53,487 bases of DNA from Armatimonadota bacterium (GTDB lineage: Bacteria; Armatimonadota; Armatimonadia; Armatimonadales; Armatimonadaceae): contig JAYUUO010000051.1 of the NCBI GenBank assembly GCA_043754515.1, forward strand, positions 1-53,487, given 5' to 3'. A program made the translations under genes and the position numbers. Shown here in pieces: positions 50,067-53,487 of the stretch (position 1 is the stretch's first letter; every line of letters starts with the position of its first letter). Under the pieces are notes generated by a model. It was not told the origin of the DNA, searched no databases, and was given only the letters and a program-made list of their open reading frames with translations.

Positions 50067-50097
50067 TATGTACGTATATAGTACGATTTATTCGACC

Positions 50098-50826
50098 ATG
50101 AGAACCGACACCGCCGACTATGAGACCCTCAAGCGTGACCTCGCTCGTGGCTGGAACACCTGGAACACGAGGAGCGTTCTGTCCCACGTCCTCCTGCCTG
50201 ATGGGGTCGCCGTCAATCTCGGCATCAAGGAATATCGGGATCGTTCGTACCTCAAGGAATCGCTCATCGGACGGCGTGGGGGGGAGGGGGAAGTCATCCT
50301 GCCCGGGGTGCGTTCTTATGACGGGCGGTATACCGACCTGGTCGTGTGCTGGAAAGAGATAACGCTCCGTGTCCAGAGCGCGACGGTGGAGGGCGATCTG
50401 TTGCTCCTGATAACCCCCCTCGCGGGGCAAGCCTACAAGCCAGCGACGCTCGTCGTCGAGGCGGGAGTTCTGTGGAACCGGGAAGGCCACGCCGAGCGGA
50501 TCGGGGACGCCTTGCACTGGGCGACGCCGGGCTCGGCGAATCCATGCCATCTGTTTGTCGGCTTCAGTGGCAATATGGTGGAAACTGATCCCCAAAATGC
50601 GGTCAGTGCCACATCTTACATAGTGCACTGGCCCGGGGAAGGTGCACCTTTAAAAATCACAGTGATACAGTACCAAAACTTCGTGACAGTAGGGTACACG
50701 GGAACGACTTTCGCTTCCCATGGTGAGTTCAAGGGCAGTATCGGAGCGAGGACACAGTACAAAGTGGCAGGAAGGCGGTATGGCGTGAACAACCCAGAGA
50801 CGGTGTTTGCCACGCAAGGCTTCTAA
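50098..50826 (+). pseudogene. N-terminal fragment of a trehalase/GH63-like glycosidase fused to an unrelated tail
   Basis: LARGWNTWNTRSVLSHVLLP...SYDGRYT resembles N-termini of about 600-aa trehalase-family glycosidases; no catalytic barrel; base composition drops after about 50530. Confidence 0.5.
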
Positions 50827-50886
50827 TTGTGACCGGTAGCGGGGCGTGATCCGCCCCGCCGCCAAATATGCAGGGGAGAAATAACT

Positions 50887-52185
50887 ATGACGCGACGTTG
50901 CTTTCTAAGAGTAGGGGGAACCGCTGTGCTCGTTCCCGCATGGCTTGGAAATGCCGGTGTATTGCTTGCCTTCGGTTCGGACACACCGGGTGCGAACGCG
51001 CCCCGCGCCGTTGATTCGGTGTCGCTAACAACGGGCGAACGCTACGCCCCGTTGTCCAAACAGTTTGCGATTCTTAACAAAACCGCGAAGACTACCCACT
51101 CTGTCCCGTCCGTCAAAGATGACCGTTCCGTATTTCTATCCGTGAACAATGTTCCTGCGGGACAATTTCGTGAGCAGGTTGGTCTTCTCCTCAGCGACGC
51201 CAGCAAGCGGTTTGTTTGGTCGCCAAAATCAAGCGGTGCTTTGGCGTATGCGCTTCGCTCGGAGGTAATCACGGACAAGGAGGTACAAGAACAGCAAATC
51301 AAGGCAGGATGGGAACGGGTTGATTATCTGAAGAAGGTTTTCGCCGCATCGCCGGAGCAGTTTCGAGAAATGATGAAAGACGACCCCGATGCAGCCGACC
51401 ATTTAGCAAGTGACTCCATTGGACGTAAGCATATGAAGTTCTTCTTTGCACTTCCGCCCGAAGTAATGAGCGAAGCGATTCGCGGCAAGAATATCCGCAT
51501 TCCAGTGGCATCAATGCCGGAATCGTTGAGAGAGTTGCTTCACGAATGCTTTAATGGGCAGGTGGATGAGGAGGTAATCAATACCACGGGTGAGTATGTT
51601 GTTATGAATGCGCCCTATCGTCGAGGATTTCCCGATCTACTAATGGGACTAAAAGAGGGTGGCGTTATTACTGGAATGGGTCTGTTTCATGACGGTCGGT
51701 TCGAGGAAAATGAGCCGTTGCTTCAGGCTATCCGCGAACGCAAGGAGCGGGAAAAGAACGCGGAACTTGCCAAGAAAAGCCGTTTGCCGGTGGTCACGAT
51801 TGACCGGGACGGGTACGACATTGAAGGCGAGGAGTCGCCGCTGTCCGGGTATCTGCGCTCGTTCGCCAAGCAAACCGGCTACAGTGTGTACGGAACTTGG
51901 TCGCCAGCAGACAAAGTGCACAAAAAACCACTTAAACGCTCGATCGTCCGAAAGCCGCTTGCGGAGGCGTTGAACATTCTGTGCCGATACTACAAGGACA
52001 CGCGCTGGATTGCCGACGAGACAGCGGTGCGATTTTGGACGGAGCCAGAGCAACCGCCTTTGTTTGACCCGGTAAAGCAGCGGAAGAAAGGATACATCAA
52101 GCCTGTGTTCAACCCGTTCGCCCCCGTGAAGCCGGTATCGGACGGCGACGGCGCAAAGCCGAAACCCACAGAGATAAAACTTTGA
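50887..52185 (+). CDS. Secreted hypothetical protein (Tat-like signal)
   Basis: MTRRCFLRVGG... signal, GGGGAG RBS, 432 aa, lower GC. Confidence 0.7.
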   Translation: MTRRCFLRVGGTAVLVPAWLGNAGVLLAFGSDTPGANAPRAVDSVSLTTGERYAPLSKQFAILNKTAKTTHSVPSVKDDRSVFLSVNNVPAGQFREQVGLLLSDASKRFVWSPKSSGALAYALRSEVITDKEVQEQQIKAGWERVDYLKKVFAASPEQFREMMKDDPDAADHLASDSIGRKHMKFFFALPPEVMSEAIRGKNIRIPVASMPESLRELLHECFNGQVDEEVINTTGEYVVMNAPYRRGFPDLLMGLKEGGVITGMGLFHDGRFEENEPLLQAIRERKEREKNAELAKKSRLPVVTIDRDGYDIEGEESPLSGYLRSFAKQTGYSVYGTWSPADKVHKKPLKRSIVRKPLAEALNILCRYYKDTRWIADETAVRFWTEPEQPPLFDPVKQRKKGYIKPVFNPFAPVKPVSDGDGAKPKPTEIKL

Positions 52186-52216
52186 AAGAAACGTGATAAC
52201 AGAGACCAAAAATACC

Positions 52217-53083
52217 ATGAATAGCGATTATACACTGATTACCGGCGCGAGCGGCTATATCGGGGACGCGCTCGCGAAGACACTCGTCACGAAGCGGCGG
52301 CTGATCTGCCTGTCGCGCAAAAAGCCCCATGGGGACGTCAACTACGTCCAGGGCGAGTTCCATTCCTTTGAGGATTTGCGTCAACTCGATGGGGTAAACA
52401 TATCGTGCGTGGTTCATCTGGCGGCGGTGACCGGGGGATGTTCGGAGGAGGAGGGGCTGGCCATCAACGTGCAAGGGACGCGCCGACTTCTACGTTATGC
52501 CCTCGACCGGGGCTGTCGTAAGTTCGTCCTCGCCAGCTCCATCGCTGCCACGGGGTGTCTCGGCGATGCGTTCCTCCCCCTCCACCTGCCCATCTCGGAG
52601 GAGCACCCCTGCCTAGCCGGGGACGCCTACGGTCTTTCTAAATCGATGATGGAAGACGTGACCCGCTATTTCCAGCGTCTCTTCCCGGACGGCGATTTCA
52701 TCAATCTGCGCATCGGTCTTGTGAATAACACACGGGAGCCGCCGCCGCAACACGGGGTCGGCGAACCGCTGGGTCTGCCGTTCGTTAACCTCGCTTACGT
52801 CATGCTGGGCGATGTTCTGCGCGCGCTGGAGTGTGCCGTCGCCGCGCCGCGCCACCCCGGAGTGCGCGTCTTCAATGTGGTCGGGCCGGACACGAATTGT
52901 AGCGATCCCGTGTCCACCGTCTTGCGCTCGTGCCTCGGTAAACGCGGCGATCTACTCGATTTGTCCCACTACGGGGACCCCCGAAATTCGTTCGACGCCT
53001 TGTATTCGATGGATAAGATCGAAGATGCGCTGGGCTTCCGCCCGGAAGAATCAACCCGTAGCGGGCATTTATCGGAACCGTGA
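52217..53083 (+). CDS. NAD-dependent epimerase/dehydratase (extended SDR)
   Basis: ITGASGYIG, HLAA, INVQGT, YGLSK. Confidence 0.9.
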   Translation: MNSDYTLITGASGYIGDALAKTLVTKRRLICLSRKKPHGDVNYVQGEFHSFEDLRQLDGVNISCVVHLAAVTGGCSEEEGLAINVQGTRRLLRYALDRGCRKFVLASSIAATGCLGDAFLPLHLPISEEHPCLAGDAYGLSKSMMEDVTRYFQRLFPDGDFINLRIGLVNNTREPPPQHGVGEPLGLPFVNLAYVMLGDVLRALECAVAAPRHPGVRVFNVVGPDTNCSDPVSTVLRSCLGKRGDLLDLSHYGDPRNSFDALYSMDKIEDALGFRPEESTRSGHLSEP

Positions 53084-53487
53084 CCGGCCCGTGATGAACG
53101 TGTGCGTCTTAATCAGGTCAAGAACACCACGCGAGTGGAACATAGTCGCCATTGGCATACGTTGCAACCAACCGAAGAAGCCGTCCCGAAAACCGCTGAT
53201 CGCTATGACCCAATCCCGTGCTCAACCCTATCCCACCCTGTAGCTGAAAAGATATCCCGACTTGGCACGGAAAATGCAAATTGGGTGGGCGGCGGTGTAA
53301 AATTTTTCGCACCGCTCGTTTTTTCCGAGGGATAATCTCATGAGTTACCGCGACCGCAAAGACGGCCCCGCAGCACCGCAGTTCGTACGAGGCGGTCGGG
53401 CAGACGCTCTAGAGAACTGGAAGATCTGAAGGAGGAGGGCCTGTTCGGGTTCGCCCGCCTGCGCTGGGAGGCGTGGCTCGCCGACCG

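Noticed and set aside
53340..53487. Possible gene start at the right edge
   Set aside because: The ATG frame closes after 29 codons; too little sequence to call.
1..53487. CRISPR arrays, tRNA/rRNA genes, intact IS elements
   Set aside because: None recognised by eye; a tRNAscan/Infernal/CRISPR search would be needed to exclude them formally.

Overview
GC-rich bacterial window, most likely Armatimonadota; this is inferred from five prepilin-type N-methylation/DUF1559 H-X9-DG genes and a DUF6785-type membrane protein. From left to right it holds: a partial ActP-type symporter with its DUF485 partner; a vWA-PP2C-kinase (TerY-P/YegLKI-type) operon; two tandem pilin-like DUF1559 genes, with a decayed third copy between them, both behind nearly identical promoters carrying 11-bp-period CTTAAC boxes (PhoB/OmpR-like); fasciclin, a 1077-aa helical-repeat protein and DUF1622; a LacI-DUF1559-lipoprotein-glycosidase operon, topoisomerase IB and a second DUF1559-lipoprotein pair sharing the same LacI-type operator; YrhB/Imm35, a sirtuin and an Rpn-like pseudogene; a TetR-TolC-EmrAB efflux operon; ALDH, proB and rqcH; a decayed integrase/Zn-ribbon remnant; and a ~17 kb minus-strand fucose-glycan cluster (DUF6785 membrane protein, GH151, GntR/LacI regulator, DUF1559, lipoprotein, beta-helix/PA14/discoidin protein, SGNH esterase, GH95, GH2). 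A truncated chimeric glycosidase gene, a secreted orphan and an epimerase close the window. The main candidate for a new system is a recurring module, sugar regulator > variable pilin-like DUF1559 protein > small lipoprotein > CAZymes, which looks like a SusC/D-independent polysaccharide utilization locus. All family calls come from motif recognition by eye, not database searches.
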